Virus record (IMG/VR): IMGVR_UViG_2619619132_000007
Source of the DNA: a virus
Lineage: Duplodnaviria > Heunggongvirae > Uroviricota > Caudoviricetes
Length of the DNA stretch: 33,325 nucleotides
Reading direction: 5' to 3' (one strand)
The notes beneath the pieces are model-generated. The model had not been told where the DNA came from and searched no databases. It saw only the letters and a program-made list of their open reading frames with translations. The position numbers and the translations under genes were made by a program. Below, piece by piece: positions 10,205 through 24,864 of the stretch. Position 1 is the first letter of the stretch, and each line of letters opens with the position of its first letter.

Positions 10205-10558
10205 TCAGCGGCGACGGTTAACGGCAGGCGGTACGCCCCGCCCAAGCCAGAGATGACAGCTTCCGCCATCATCCGGCGAAATCCGGTCTATCCAGAAGTT
10301 TTCCTCACCGATGGTCAGCGTGTCGCCGCGCCGCAGCTGCCGCACATCATCAGTCCGGACAAACAGGAACGGGCTGGAGCCTTCAACGCGCACGCCCTGT
10401 CCGGCATAGCTGATATTTTCAGGATCATCAAAAACACCACGTATCACAGCACCGGACTGCTCACCGGATGTCATGGTGGCTGACGTTCCCATGTACCCGC
10501 GTATCGTTTCATCGGCGCGGGCAATGGCAGCATCGAACAGGTTATCGAAATCAGCCAC
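10205..10558 (-). CDS. FII: Head-tail joining protein FII
   Basis: 117 aa MADFDNLFDAAIARADETIRGYMG...; matches lambda FII. Confidence 0.9.
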   Translation of the reverse strand: MADFDNLFDAAIARADETIRGYMGTSATMTSGEQSGAVIRGVFDDPENISYAGQGVRVEGSSPFLFVRTDDVRQLRRGDTLTIGEENFWIDRISPDDGGSCHLWLGRGVPPAVNRRR

Positions 10559-10569
10559 AGCGCCTCCCG

Positions 10570-10965
10570 TTATTGCATTCTGGCCAGGCCGCGCTCTGTC
10601 ATTTCAGCTGCCACACCGGCAGAGACACGGAACGCCGTTCCCGGCAGCACAAATGCCACAGCCTCATCCCGCGTGGCGTGAAGTGCATCAGTATGCAGCG
10701 TCACCAGTGCCACAACCGTGACCAGATCAGCCGTATCAGTCACGGTATCCGGCTGCGCTGATACAACCTCATTTTCATGTCCGGTCAGCGCATTTTCCGG
10801 GCTGACAGATGTGTCCTGACCAGCAGCGTCATCCGTGTCATCAAGCTCCTCTTCCAGCTCTGCCACACGGAGTGCCAGTTCTTCTTTCGTCCCCGTCAGG
10901 CTGACATCACGGTTCAGTTGCTCACCCAGCACCTGAAGACGGGCAATCAGTTCATCTTTCGTCAT
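10570..10965 (-). CDS. FI: DNA packaging protein FI
   Basis: Lambda-like start MTKDELIARLQ... is the 14th codon of the listed ORF; C-terminus ...AAEMTERGLARMQ as in lambda FI. Confidence 0.85.
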   Translation of the reverse strand: MTKDELIARLQVLGEQLNRDVSLTGTKEELALRVAELEEELDDTDDAAGQDTSVSPENALTGHENEVVSAQPDTVTDTADLVTVVALVTLHTDALHATRDEAVAFVLPGTAFRVSAGVAAEMTERGLARMQ

Positions 10966-11006
10966 GGACTCCTCCACAGAGAGAAAATGGCCCCGAAGGG
11001 CCATGA

Positions 11007-12032
11007 TTACGCCAGTTGTACGGACACGAACGCATCAGGGTCAGCCAGCAGCATCAGCGGTGCTGACTGAATCATGGTGAACTCACGCGCCGGATCGCCG
11101 GTGGTCACCCAGTTTTTCGGGTAGCGGGCAGAGGCGTTAATACCTTCGCGCTGTGCGTCCGCATCCTGAATGCAGCCATAGGTGCGCAGACCGCGTGCCT
11201 GAGTGTTCCCCAGCACCATCGTGTTGTCCGGCAGGAAGTTCTTTTTGACGCCGTTTTCCACGTACTGTCCGGAATACACGACGATCGCCGTATCGCCATA
11301 CATCCCCTTATAGGACACCGCTTCGCCCAGATCTTTTACCGCTGTCTCCAGCTCGGAATGAGAGCCGCGACGGGTATCCAGCTTCTCCTTGACGGCTTTG
11401 AAGGAACGGAACAGCGCCCAGCCTTTCGGATCAAACACGATGATATTCACCACACCGCTGGCGTTCAGCGCGTAGGCTTCGATATCGTCGGTCGGGTCAT
11501 ACGTGGACTTGTCACGCTTGCTCCACTCCGTACCGCCGGACTGCGTGATGTTGTTCGCCACACTGCGGCCCATATCCACTTCAACCGGATCGAAGGCTTC
11601 ACCGGTCATGGTATATTTGCCCTTAAGCACGGCAGAAACGGCCTGCATCTCTTCGACCTGAGCAATGGCCAGCTCTTCGTCTCGCATGTTCTGCAGAATG
11701 ATGCGACGGCGGCGGTAAGCCGGGTCCGCCAGATTCTGTGGATCTTCATCCGGCAGGCGACGCAGGGTCATCTGCGGATTCACCTCATGCTTCGGCTTGA
11801 CATATCCCGGTGTAAATTCAGAGGTGGAGCCGCCACGGGAGCGGATAACCTCACCGGAAACAATCGGCGAAACGTACAGCGCCATGTTTACCAGTCCCGG
11901 AATTTGTGAGAGATAGACTTTCTCCGTGGTGAAGGGATAGCTCTCACGGAAAAAGAGACGCAGAAACAGCGGATCAAACTTAAATTTCTTCTCATTTGCC
12001 GCCAGCAGCTGGGCGGTTGTGTACATCGACAT
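11007..12032 (-). CDS. E: Major capsid protein E
   Basis: Lambda E start MSMYTTAQLLAANE... is codon 10 of the listed ORF; 341 aa; near-identical to lambda E as recalled. Confidence 0.92.
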   Translation of the reverse strand: MSMYTTAQLLAANEKKFKFDPLFLRLFFRESYPFTTEKVYLSQIPGLVNMALYVSPIVSGEVIRSRGGSTSEFTPGYVKPKHEVNPQMTLRRLPDEDPQNLADPAYRRRRIILQNMRDEELAIAQVEEMQAVSAVLKGKYTMTGEAFDPVEVDMGRSVANNITQSGGTEWSKRDKSTYDPTDDIEAYALNASGVVNIIVFDPKGWALFRSFKAVKEKLDTRRGSHSELETAVKDLGEAVSYKGMYGDTAIVVYSGQYVENGVKKNFLPDNTMVLGNTQARGLRTYGCIQDADAQREGINASARYPKNWVTTGDPAREFTMIQSAPLMLLADPDAFVSVQLA

Positions 12033-12087
12033 AAAAAAATCCCGTAAAAAAAGCCGCACAGGCGGCCTTTAGTGATGAAGGGTAAGG

Positions 12088-12420
12088 TTAAACGATGCTG
12101 ATTGCCGTTCCGGCAAACGCGGTCCGTTTTTTCGTCTCGTCGCTGGCAGCCTCCGGCCAGAGCACATCCTCATAACGGAACGTGCCGGACTTGTAGAACG
12201 TCAGCGTGGTGCTGGTCTGGTCAGCAGCAACCGCCAGAATGCCAACGGCAGCACCGTCGGTGGTGCCATCCCACACAACCAGCTTACGGGTGGAGGTGTC
12301 CAGCATCAGCGGGGTCATTGCAGGCGCTTTCGCACTCAATCCGCCGGGCGCGGTTGCCGTATGTGCCGGGTCACTGTTGCCCAGCGGCTGGTAATGGGTA
12401 AAGGTTTCTTTGCTCGTCAT
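12088..12420 (-). CDS. D: Capsid decoration protein D
   Basis: [27 protein letters not shown]...; 110 aa from the second Met of the listed ORF; matches lambda D. Confidence 0.9.
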   Translation of the reverse strand: MTSKETFTHYQPLGNSDPAHTATAPGGLSAKAPAMTPLMLDTSTRKLVVWDGTTDGAAVGILAVAADQTSTTLTFYKSGTFRYEDVLWPEAASDETKKRTAFAGTAISIV

Positions 12421-12429
12421 AAACATCCC

Positions 12430-12825
12430 TTACACTGGTGTGTTCAGCAAATCGTTAACGGCATCAGATGCCGGGTTACCTGCAGCCAGCGGTGCCGGTG
12501 CCCCCTGCATCAGACGATCCAGCGCAGTGTCACTGCGCGCCTGTGCACTCTGTGGTGCAGCTGCCAGAATGCGGCGGGTCGTTTCCACGGTCATACCGGG
12601 GGTTTCGGCCAGCACGCGTGCCTGTTCTTCGCGTCCGTGAGCCTCCTCACAGTTGAGGATCCCCATAATGCGACTGTTTTCTGCCGCAACCGCTGCGGTG
12701 ATCTGCGCGTTCACGTCCGGCTGCGCCGCGCTGGCGTTCTCGCCCTCCGTCGCTTGCACCACGCCAGTAACGTCAGCCTGCGAAGCAGTGGCTGAAACAG
12801 TTGTTGATTGAGTCTCTTTGGTCAT
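12430..12825 (-). CDS. Nu3: Scaffolding protein Nu3, nested in frame in the 3' part of C (start position tentative)
   Basis: Internal Met MTKETQSTTVSATASQ... in the C frame; lambda Nu3 is known to be translated in frame inside C. The exact start is my inference. Confidence 0.45.
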   Translation of the reverse strand: MTKETQSTTVSATASQADVTGVVQATEGENASAAQPDVNAQITAAVAAENSRIMGILNCEEAHGREEQARVLAETPGMTVETTRRILAAAPQSAQARSDTALDRLMQGAPAPLAAGNPASDAVNDLLNTPV

Positions 12826-13729
12826 TCGCCCTCCTGAGAGACGGGATTTACGTGCATCCAGTGCATCACGCATGACGGTGATCGCATCGGTACTGTTAAC
12901 AAGTTCATCAGCCAGTCCGGCATCAATGGCCTCCTGACCGCTGTACACTGCAGCCTCGGTATCCAGCACAGCCTGCACGGACAGGCCGGTATATGCCGAC
13001 ACCTTCTGTGCAAACATCCGGCGGGTTGCATCCATCCGGGACTGCAGTGTTTCCCGGACATCATCCGGTAGATGGCTGTAGGGGTTGCCATCCACCTTAT
13101 GGCTGCCGCTGTAAATCAGCGTGATTTCCACGCCCTGTTTCTCCAGCGCAGCACCGTAATTACTGTGAGCCATCATGACGCCGATGGAGCCTGTCCGGGC
13201 GGTCTGCGTGACCAGACGTCGGGAGGCGGCGCTGGCAAGCAACTGACCTGCACTGCAGTTCATGTCGTTGGCCAGCGCCCATACCGGCTTTATGTCACGC
13301 ACACGGGCGATGATGTCAGCGCAGTCAAATGCCCCTGCCACCATCCCGCCTGGCGTATCCATATCGAGCAGAATGCCGTCCACCATCGGGTCGCTGGCAG
13401 CCTGTTGCAGACGGGCGATAATGCCGTTGTAACCGGTCATCCCCGAATACGGCTGCAGCGCCCGCGTCCGACTGACCAGCGTGCCGGACACCGGCAGCAC
13501 GGCGATGCCGTTCATGACCTGATAACTGCGGGCCTGTCGTGGTCCGTCATCATCAACGGATAACGCCAGCGCCGCGGGTGCCTCTCCGGCAGTCAGGCTG
13601 TCGCCGGATACCGCATCCGTCAGGCGGCTGATCCCAAGCTGGCCTGCAAGCGCACAAAAGAAAACCCGCGCATAGGCGGGTTCAAGCATCAGCGGCTCAT
13701 TAAAGGCCATACTGGCAATATGCGGGAGA

Positions 13730-13749
<20 letters not shown>
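12430..13749 (-). CDS. C: Capsid assembly protease C
   Basis: 439-codon frame equal to lambda C in length; starts at an in-frame GTG (plus 13747..13749 cac) within a longer ORF; overlaps the B 3' end by 20 nt as in lambda. Confidence 0.85.
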
Positions 13750-17430
<3,681 letters not shown>

Positions 17431-17456
<26 letters not shown>

Positions 17457-17976
17457 TCAGCAACCCCGGTATCAGTTCATCCAGCGCGGCTGCTTTGTTC
17501 ATGGCTTTGATGATATCCCGTTTCAGGAAATCAACATGTCGGTTTTCCAGTTCCGGAAAACGCCGCTGCACCGACAGGGGGATCCCGTCGAGAATACTGG
17601 CAATTTCACCTGCGATCCGCGACAGCACGAAAGTACAGAATGCGGTTTCCACCACTTCAGCGGAGTCTCTGGCATTTTTCAGCTCCTGTGCGTCGGCCTG
17701 CGCACGCGTAAGTCGATGGCGTTCGTACTCAATAGTCCCTGGCTGGAGATCTGTCTCGCTGGCCTGCCGCAGTTCTTCAACTTCCCGGCGCAGCTTTTCG
17801 TTCTCAATTTCAGCATCCCTTTCGGCATACCATTTTATGACGGCGGCAGAGTCATAAAGCACCTCATTACCCTTGCCACCGCCTCGCAGAACGGGCATTC
17901 CCTGTTCCTGCCAGTTCTGAATGGTACGGATACTCGCACCGAAAATGTCAGCCAGCTGCTTTTTGTTGACTTCCAT
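17431..17976 (-). CDS. Nu1: Terminase small subunit Nu1
   Basis: 181 aa MEVNKKQLADIFGASIRTIQNWQEQGMPVLRGGGKGNEVLYD...; matches lambda Nu1, winged-HTH N-terminus. Confidence 0.9.
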
Positions 17977-17994
17977 TGTTCATTCCACGGCCAA

Positions 17995-18153
17995 AAACAG
18001 AGAAAGGAAACGACAGAGGCCCAAAAGCTCGTTTTCAGCACCTGTCGTTTCCTTTCTTTTCAGGGGGTATTTTAAATAAAAACATTAAGTTACGACGAAG
18101 AAGAACGGAAACGCCTTAAACCGGAAAATTTTCATAAATAGCGAAAACCCGCG
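17995..18153 (-). promoter_or_regulatory. cosB region (terminase gpNu1 R-site repeats)
   Basis: Three cgtttcc-containing repeats near 18001..18016, 18041..18060 and 18098..18113 between the Nu1 start and cosN, as in lambda cosB. Confidence 0.6.
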
Positions 18154-18165
18154 AGGTCGCCGCCC
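18154..18165 (-). other. cosN cohesive-end site (12-nt overhang sequence)
   Basis: Plus strand aggtcgccgccc is the reverse complement of the lambda cohesive end GGGCGGCGACCT; flanking sequence matches the lambda left and right ends. Confidence 0.85.
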
Positions 18166-18364
18166 CGTAACCTGTCGGATCGCCGGAAAGGACCCGCAAA
18201 ATGATAATAATTATCATCTGCATGTCACAACGTGCATCTACGCCATCAAACCACGTCAAATAATCAATTATGACGCAGGTATCATATTAATTGATCTGCA
18301 TCAACTTAACGTAAAAACAACTTCAGACAATACAAATCAGCGACACTGAATACGGGGCAACCTC

Positions 18365-18598
18365 ATGTCAACGAAGAACAGAACCCGCAGAACAACAACC
18401 CGCAACATCCGCTTTCCTAACCAAATGATTGAACAAATTAACATCGCTCTTGAGCAAAAAGGGTCCGGGAATTTCTCAGCCTAGGTCATTGAAGCCTGCC
18501 GCCGGAGACTGTGCTCAGAAAAAAGAGTTTCTTCTGAAGCAAACAAAGAAAAGAGTGACATTACTGAATTGCTCAGAAAACAGGTCAGACCAGATTGA
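18365..18598 (+). pseudogene. Small ribbon-helix-helix-like ORF (YnfO-like, 77 codons) with an in-frame TAG at codon 40
   Basis: ATG at 18365 gives MSTKNRTRRTTTRNIRFPNQMIEQINIALEQKGSGNFSA, then TAG at 18482..18484, then 37 more in-frame codons (VIEACRRRL...RPD) to TGA. Absent from the ORF track because each piece is under 60 aa. Confidence 0.55.
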
Positions 18599-18640
18599 AG
18601 CAATTTAGATAATCGTGCAGACTACGCCCCCTCATATCAC

Positions 18641-19066
18641 ATGGAAGGTTTATCTATGGATCAGGTAGTCATTTTTAAACAAATATTTGATAAAGTTCGA
18701 AACGATTTAAACTATCAATGGTTTTATTCTGAGCTAAAACGTCACAATGTCTCACATTACATTTACTATTTAGCCACAGAGAATGTTCATATTGTATTAA
18801 AAAATGATAATACAGTGTTATTAAAGGGCCTAAAAAACATTGTGTCTGTCAAATTTTCAAAGGATAGGCATCTTATAGAAACGACCTCTAATAAGCTGAA
18901 ATCCAGAGAGATCACATTTCAGGAATACAGAAGAAACCTTGCTAAAGCAGGAGTTTTTCGGTGGGTTACAAATATCCACGAACAAAAAAGATATTACTAT
19001 ACCTTTGATAATTCATTACTATTTACTGAAAGCATCCAGAAAACTACACAGATCTTACCACGCTAA
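18641..19066 (+). CDS. ydfO: DUF1398-family prophage protein (YdfO/YbcV-like)
   Basis: 141-aa low-GC ORF; likely true start MDQVVIFKQ... at 18656; sits after cos as ydfO does in K-12 Qin. Confidence 0.55.
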
Positions 19067-19217
19067 ACCATAACGTCCGGCTTCTCTCACTCCTGAGCCG
19101 GACTGCATTGGTTTAATAAAAACCATCAACAATTGTGATTTAGATATTCGGAACCATTCAAATATAACAAAACCCCGTAAAAACGAGGTTTATGGATAAA
19201 TTTTATTATTGAATACA

Positions 19218-19394
19218 TCAGATTAAATTAATCTTGACATCATAGCTTTCAAGACCCGTCATTTTTTCCCGTGCGGTAAACTGAATACTGGTAACTTCTT
19301 TCCCGGTCTTTTTCTTAAGTTCAATAATTTTTTTTGTTATATATTCAGAAATATCTGCTTCTGCTTTTGTTTTTAAGTTTTCAATATTCATCAT
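19218..19394 (-). CDS. gnsB: GnsA/GnsB-family small protein
   Basis: My translation: MMNIENLKTKAEADISEYITKKIIELKKKTGKEVTSIQFTAREKMTGLESYDVKINLI (58 codons); below the ORF-track cut-off. Confidence 0.65.
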   Translation of the reverse strand: MMNIENLKTKAEADISEYITKKIIELKKKTGKEVTSIQFTAREKMTGLESYDVKINLI

Positions 19395-19562
19395 TTCCTC
19401 TTTTAGTCTGTTATGACTTTCCAGTTACACAGTAAGTCGATTATATGGTGCAAACGTGTAAAAGATAAGATGAAACATCGCAATAATCAACATACGATAG
19501 TCTAAATTTTACACAAACAGACAAAGAGAATTTTCCTGAATTATCAATGCAATAGCATCAAA

Positions 19563-19793
19563 TCAACTCAAGAGCCTTATTGCTGCTTCCAGAATTTCTT
19601 CTGAAGTAACATGTCGATCCGCGGCTACATAAATGACTTTATGATCTCCGGTCAGAGATGGAAACCCTGCGGCCATTACAGTAAGGTGTGTTTTTTCGCC
19701 ATTTGGATATTCACGCATGATGGTGTTAACTCCAGTCATCGCTGGCACTACCACTGCTGGTTCAGAGTTAAAAAAAACTATGATTTTTTTCAT
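19563..19793 (-). CDS. Hypothetical small prophage protein
   Basis: The listed ORF starts at a TTG; the first ATG gives MKKIIVFFNSEPAVVVPAMTGVN... (76 aa). Weak Shine-Dalgarno sequence. Confidence 0.35.
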   Translation of the reverse strand: MKKIIVFFNSEPAVVVPAMTGVNTIMREYPNGEKTHLTVMAAGFPSLTGDHKVIYVAADRHVTSEEILEAAIRLLS

Positions 19794-19835
19794 GATGTTA
19801 CCGTAGTATGTGAGTATCCATCGAATAGACACCAA

Positions 19836-19858
19836 GCAAAAAAGCTCCCGAAGGAGCC
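19836..19858 (-). terminator. Rho-independent terminator downstream of cspI
   Basis: Minus strand ggctcc-ttcg-ggagc hairpin followed by tttttt. Confidence 0.5.
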
Positions 19859-20064
19859 TTCATTTTCACTTTTTTAAATCCAACGACAGACGGCTGGCAT
19901 TTAAGTATTGTGAAATATTATCAAATGTAATCATCATTGATTTACAAAAGATACATTTTGCCCCGAAAGGATTCATGTCAGAAACATCAAAAGATGATGT
20001 TCTATACTGGGAACCATGACAACACGGGCATCTAAAGTGAATATGGTTTGTAATATTGTCTACC

Positions 20065-20277
20065 TCAAAGCGCCACTACATGAACAGCGGCAGGACCTTT
20101 AGGTCCGTTCTCAATACCAAATTCAACTTCCTGATTCTCAGTTAATGTTTTGAAATCGTTGCTCTGAATTGCTGAGAAATGGACAAACACATCTTTGCTG
20201 CCATCTTTCGGCGTGATGAAACCAAAACCTTTTTCAGGGTTAAACCATTTCACTAAACCAGTCATTTTGTTAGACAT
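20065..20277 (-). CDS. cspI: Cold-shock protein (CspA family)
   Basis: 70 aa [37 protein letters not shown]...; RNP1/RNP2 motifs; position matches Qin cspI. Confidence 0.8.
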   Translation of the reverse strand: MSNKMTGLVKWFNPEKGFGFITPKDGSKDVFVHFSAIQSNDFKTLTENQEVEFGIENGPKGPAAVHVVAL

Positions 20278-20639
20278 AATTATTACCTTTTGAAGAAATT
20301 AGCCCTTGGGCAGAATGGTCCGAAAAAAAATATCAGAGAGAAAAACCAACAAGGAAATCTCAAGAGGTACAAATAATAAAATTATAACAATGACTGCTTC
20401 AGATAAATTTGTAACAAACCAGAACACCATTAACGCATGATTAACCACCCATAGCAAGGATTACTTTTGTAAAGAAAAACACAGCAATGAAAGAATAGCT
20501 TTATTTATTAATAAAACGTGTCATTCTGATTAAGACCTTTTATCTTACCCTTAAGATTTCAGGAATTTTGGCTCATGGAAGAGTCCTTTTTATTTAAATT
20601 TTACATTCCGCGATGTAAATGTTCCGATTTAATATTACC

Positions 20640-21663
<1,024 letters not shown>

Positions 21664-21667
<4 letters not shown>

Positions 21668-21975
21668 AGATATTTATGATGAGGACGCTCGTGCTTATTG
21701 GCAGGATTTTCAATCTTAAAGGAGTACTGATGCTGCAGATAAGACTCAACTTTTTCTGACAATTTTTCTGCTACTTCCAGGAAGACTTGCCGGACGCTCC
21801 TTCTGGCTGCTGCCTCATAAAACTCCAGCGCAGCTCCTTCAACACGGTCCATGGCGACATCCAGGTCAAAAATTTCACCGTCAAAGCGTTCTTTGTCCTG
21901 TAAGGCTACAGTTACCGTAACTTTATTCTCAAAATTACGGACTCCTTTCACAACCAGTTCATAGTCTTGAGTCAT
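21664..21975 (-). CDS. ydfR: Hypothetical protein between holin and endolysin (YdfR-like)
   Basis: 103-aa ORF translationally coupled to both neighbours. Confidence 0.55.
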
Positions 21976-21979
21976 TGGA

Positions 21980-22195
21980 TTACTCTCCTCTCGCAGCCTT
22001 ACGCCTGTCTTCTTTAATCTTGAAATAAAGATTTGTCAGATACGTCAGCAGGCCAAAAACCAGGCTACCCAGCACACCGATTGCAGCCCACTGTGACGGA
22101 GTTACTTTATCGAGTAACTGCAATGCCCAGAAACCAGCATTCCCCGCCGATGTGCCATAGGCAACACCTGTTGTTAACTTATCCATTGATTTCAT
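21980..22195 (-). CDS. essQ: Class II holin (S21 pinholin-like) with dual-start motif
   Basis: [71 protein letters not shown]; two TM segments; Met1/Met4 dual start typical of holin/antiholin pairs. Confidence 0.75.
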   Translation of the reverse strand: MKSMDKLTTGVAYGTSAGNAGFWALQLLDKVTPSQWAAIGVLGSLVFGLLTYLTNLYFKIKEDRRKAARGE

Positions 22196-22414
22196 ATCCT
22201 CACCCCGATGTACACGGATGGTGCAATATGTTTGAAAAGATCGGAGTCTACGGGGTAGTTTTGACAGCACACGTTGTTCTCAACGGCGCTAAAAAAACAT
22301 ACACATTAAAAATGTGGGTAATTATTTTGAAAGAAAGTCATATATAAAATAATAATACGAGAAATGTTTTCATATTTAGTGTACTGTATACGGCCATTTA
22401 TACAGGAAAAGCCT

Positions 22415-22585
22415 ATGTCAGAACGTAAAAACTCAAAATCACGCCGTAATTATCTCGTTAAATGTTCCTGCCCAAACTGCACCCAAGAGTCAGAACACAG
22501 TTTTTCAAGAGTACAAAAAGGTGCCCTTTTGATCTGCCCTCATTGCAACAAAGTATTCCAGACAAATCTTAAAGCTGTAGCCTGA
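22415..22585 (+). CDS. Small zinc-ribbon protein (CxxC...CxxC)
   Basis: MSERKNSKSRRNYLVKCSCPNCTQESEHSFSRVQKGALLICPHCNKVFQTNLKAVA; good Shine-Dalgarno (aggaaaag) upstream of ATG at 22415. Confidence 0.45.
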   Translation: MSERKNSKSRRNYLVKCSCPNCTQESEHSFSRVQKGALLICPHCNKVFQTNLKAVA

Positions 22586-22642
22586 TTGATTTTATTAGTA
22601 ACAAGTATTTTTTATATTTTAATAATATATTTAAAGCAGATA

Positions 22643-22666
22643 ATAAAAAACCCGCCTGAGCGGGTT
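22643..22666 (-). terminator. Rho-independent terminator (cspB 3' region)
   Basis: aacccgc-ctga-gcgggtt hairpin with a T-run on the minus strand. Confidence 0.5.
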
Positions 22667-22948
22667 TGAGATTGTGGTGCTTTTTGTGGGAGTCATCCAC
22701 TTACGCACTTTGTTTTGCCATGCCAGCAGTTAGCTTCTGCTGTAAAACTATTCATGCAGCAAACCTGCACTTCACCACAATGGTTAGCATACTTTTCCTG
22801 ATTAAGATTTTGCCAAATATGCTAGCCATTGTTTCATGTATTGGACCTCCTTACTTTTTATTAAAGAGATCCAATATTCACTACTCTGTCCGTATCTCTA
22901 CTCAGGCATCAGCCTTCTTCGTTATCGTATACAGACGAGCGATGAATT

Positions 22949-23164
22949 TTAATCAGTAATGATGACATTTGCTGCTGCAGGACCTTTAGCACCACTCTCT
23001 ATAGAGAAGGTAACCTTTTGACCTTCAAATAAGGTTCGATAATTATCATTCTGAATCGCAGAAAAATGCACAAACACATCTTTACTACCATCAACAGGAG
23101 AAATAAAGCCGAAACCTTTATCAGCGTTAAACCATTTTACTAAACCAGTCATTTTATTTGACAT
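22949..23164 (-). CDS. cspB: Cold-shock protein (CspA family)
   Basis: 71 aa [51 protein letters not shown]... Confidence 0.8.
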   Translation of the reverse strand: MSNKMTGLVKWFNADKGFGFISPVDGSKDVFVHFSAIQNDNYRTLFEGQKVTFSIESGAKGPAAANVIITD

Positions 23165-23464
23165 TCTACATTCCTTAACTTGAGCCTTTCGGCATAAATG
23201 GTTTGCATAACAGAAACGACTTCGTACTTAATTGGAGAGACTCAAAGAAGGAATAAGTGAATAACACCTGAAATGAGAACTGCTTTAGTAAACTACTTCG
23301 TATATCGTCTGTTCTTCAAACCGACGCAATCATTAACGCATAGTTGAACATATGAAGCAATGTTTATTTTAGACATCCAGCCATCTTCAACCCCATCAAA
23401 AAACTATAGCTTTCTTCAGGAACGTGTGTATAGTGCGCCAAGTTATCAGTATTAAGGAATTTTT

Positions 23465-23677
23465 TTGTCCCGTAAAATGACAGGAATTGTCAAAACCTTT
23501 GACGGCAAAAGCGGCAAGGGTCTTATCACCCCATCCGATGGTCGTATCGATGTCCAGCTTCATGTTTCAGCGCTCAATCTCCGCGATGCAGAAGAAATTA
23601 CCACCGGATTACGCGTGGAATTTTGCCGGATAAATGGTCTGCGTGGCCCTTCAGCTGCCAATGTTTACCTTTCATGA
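23465..23677 (+). CDS. cspF: Cold-shock-like protein (CspF/CspH type)
   Basis: 70 aa [70 protein letters not shown]. Confidence 0.8.
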
Positions 23678-23731
23678 GCTATATTAAAGCTTTAATTTCA
23701 GGCCCCATCGGATCACACATGGAGAGTTTTT

Positions 23732-23821
23732 ATGAATAACCCCGTCTGTCTTGATGACTGGTTGATTGGCTTTAAAAGCTTATGCTGTACTTTGGCCGTA
23801 ATAGCTCTGCTAATAATATAA
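23732..23821 (+). CDS. Candidate 29-aa hydrophobic peptide
   Basis: ggagag Shine-Dalgarno 6 nt upstream of ATG; [29 protein letters not shown]; not in the ORF track (under 60 aa). Confidence 0.3.
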
Positions 23822-23971
23822 TAAGCAGACTCATTGTGTTTAGGGACATTGTACTGGAAGAAAACATTTTAAACATCAGGCAAATAACCAAGTCACCAGC
23901 TAAATAATAAGTTAACAGACATGAGTCCCGGGATGAGATTCAACATTACCATTGCCCCATTTAAAGCACAA

Positions 23972-23998
23972 AACCCGCTCATCAGCGGGTTTTCTACT
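23972..23998 (-). terminator. Stem-loop terminator; candidate tR' of the late leader, possibly bidirectional
   Basis: aacccgc-tcatca-gcgggtt hairpin flanked by T-rich runs on both strands; ~40-60 nt downstream of the candidate pR' start. Confidence 0.45.
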
Positions 23999-24038
23999 TT
24001 TTCTTAACGTCGGGTATACAAAGCCCATCGTTGAAAAA

Positions 24039-24067
24039 ATTTTATCCATATTTTTTGAAAAATGCAA
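24039..24067 (-). promoter_or_regulatory. Candidate late promoter pR' (sigma-70, TTGCAT-N17-TAAAAT) just downstream of Q
   Basis: Minus strand ttgcat, 17-bp spacer, taaaat; placed between the Q stop (24099) and the hairpin at 23972..23998, as expected for a Q-modified promoter. Confidence 0.5.
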
Positions 24068-24098
24068 ACATCATGTCGCCATCTTCAGCAAAAATCAT

Positions 24099-24851
24099 TT
24101 ATCTCGTCACCTTCCTCAATTGCGCTTCCGCGTATGCTTCTTCCTGCCAGCACTTTGTTACCAGTTTACCAATGACGTCCGCATACCCCTTATACCACTG
24201 ATAATCGGTCAGGTCTGGTACCAGCTTCTGGACATGACGTCGTGCCAGCGTGGTCGGTAAACGACTAAACCGGTTTCCATTACAACGCCCACAAATCTTA
24301 TATACCGGTACGCCATGAAACCGGGTTCTTTTTTCATCCAGAACAATCCCTTTACCCTTACACCCTCTGCACGCTGTGCTGGCTTCGCCCTTACCATGGC
24401 AATGCTGACATAGTTCCTTCACCCATTCTTCCTTGATTACAGATTCCCCGCGTCTGTAGTGTTTCACCACTTCGCGCAATACATTATAAAATCCCGTACC
24501 TGAACAATGCTCACAGCGAGCCTTACTTGCCGCAGACCTGGAGTAATCAGCAAAGGCAAAACTCACGAGGTAAGGAATAATCTGTAACCGGATTTCTTCA
24601 CTCAATTTGTTCAATGTCGGGTTATCCAGTGCCATCGCGTAATTTAGCAGGCCTTCAATCGCAAACTGAGGGTCCTGAACACCAACTTTTGCCAGAAATA
24701 AGGCCAACCCAAGTGGTGCTTTCGACTGCACCATCCCCTGCGCTGCCATTACATCCGTAATTGTTAAACAACCGGTGCCTGTCGCTGGAGCGTCATCGCT
24801 CAATTTTGGAGATTTTGGGGAGTAATATTTTGGTAAGGCTTCAAGGTTCAT
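24099..24851 (-). CDS. quuQ: Late-gene antiterminator Q (Cys-rich zinc-binding)
   Basis: MNLEALPKYYSPKSPK... 250 aa from the internal Met of the listed 260-aa ORF; CxxC clusters (CEHCSGTG, CQHCHGKG, CRGCKGKG, CGRC). Confidence 0.75.
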   Translation of the reverse strand: MNLEALPKYYSPKSPKLSDDAPATGTGCLTITDVMAAQGMVQSKAPLGLALFLAKVGVQDPQFAIEGLLNYAMALDNPTLNKLSEEIRLQIIPYLVSFAFADYSRSAASKARCEHCSGTGFYNVLREVVKHYRRGESVIKEEWVKELCQHCHGKGEASTACRGCKGKGIVLDEKRTRFHGVPVYKICGRCNGNRFSRLPTTLARRHVQKLVPDLTDYQWYKGYADVIGKLVTKCWQEEAYAEAQLRKVTR

Positions 24852-24864
24852 GCTCGTTCTCCAC

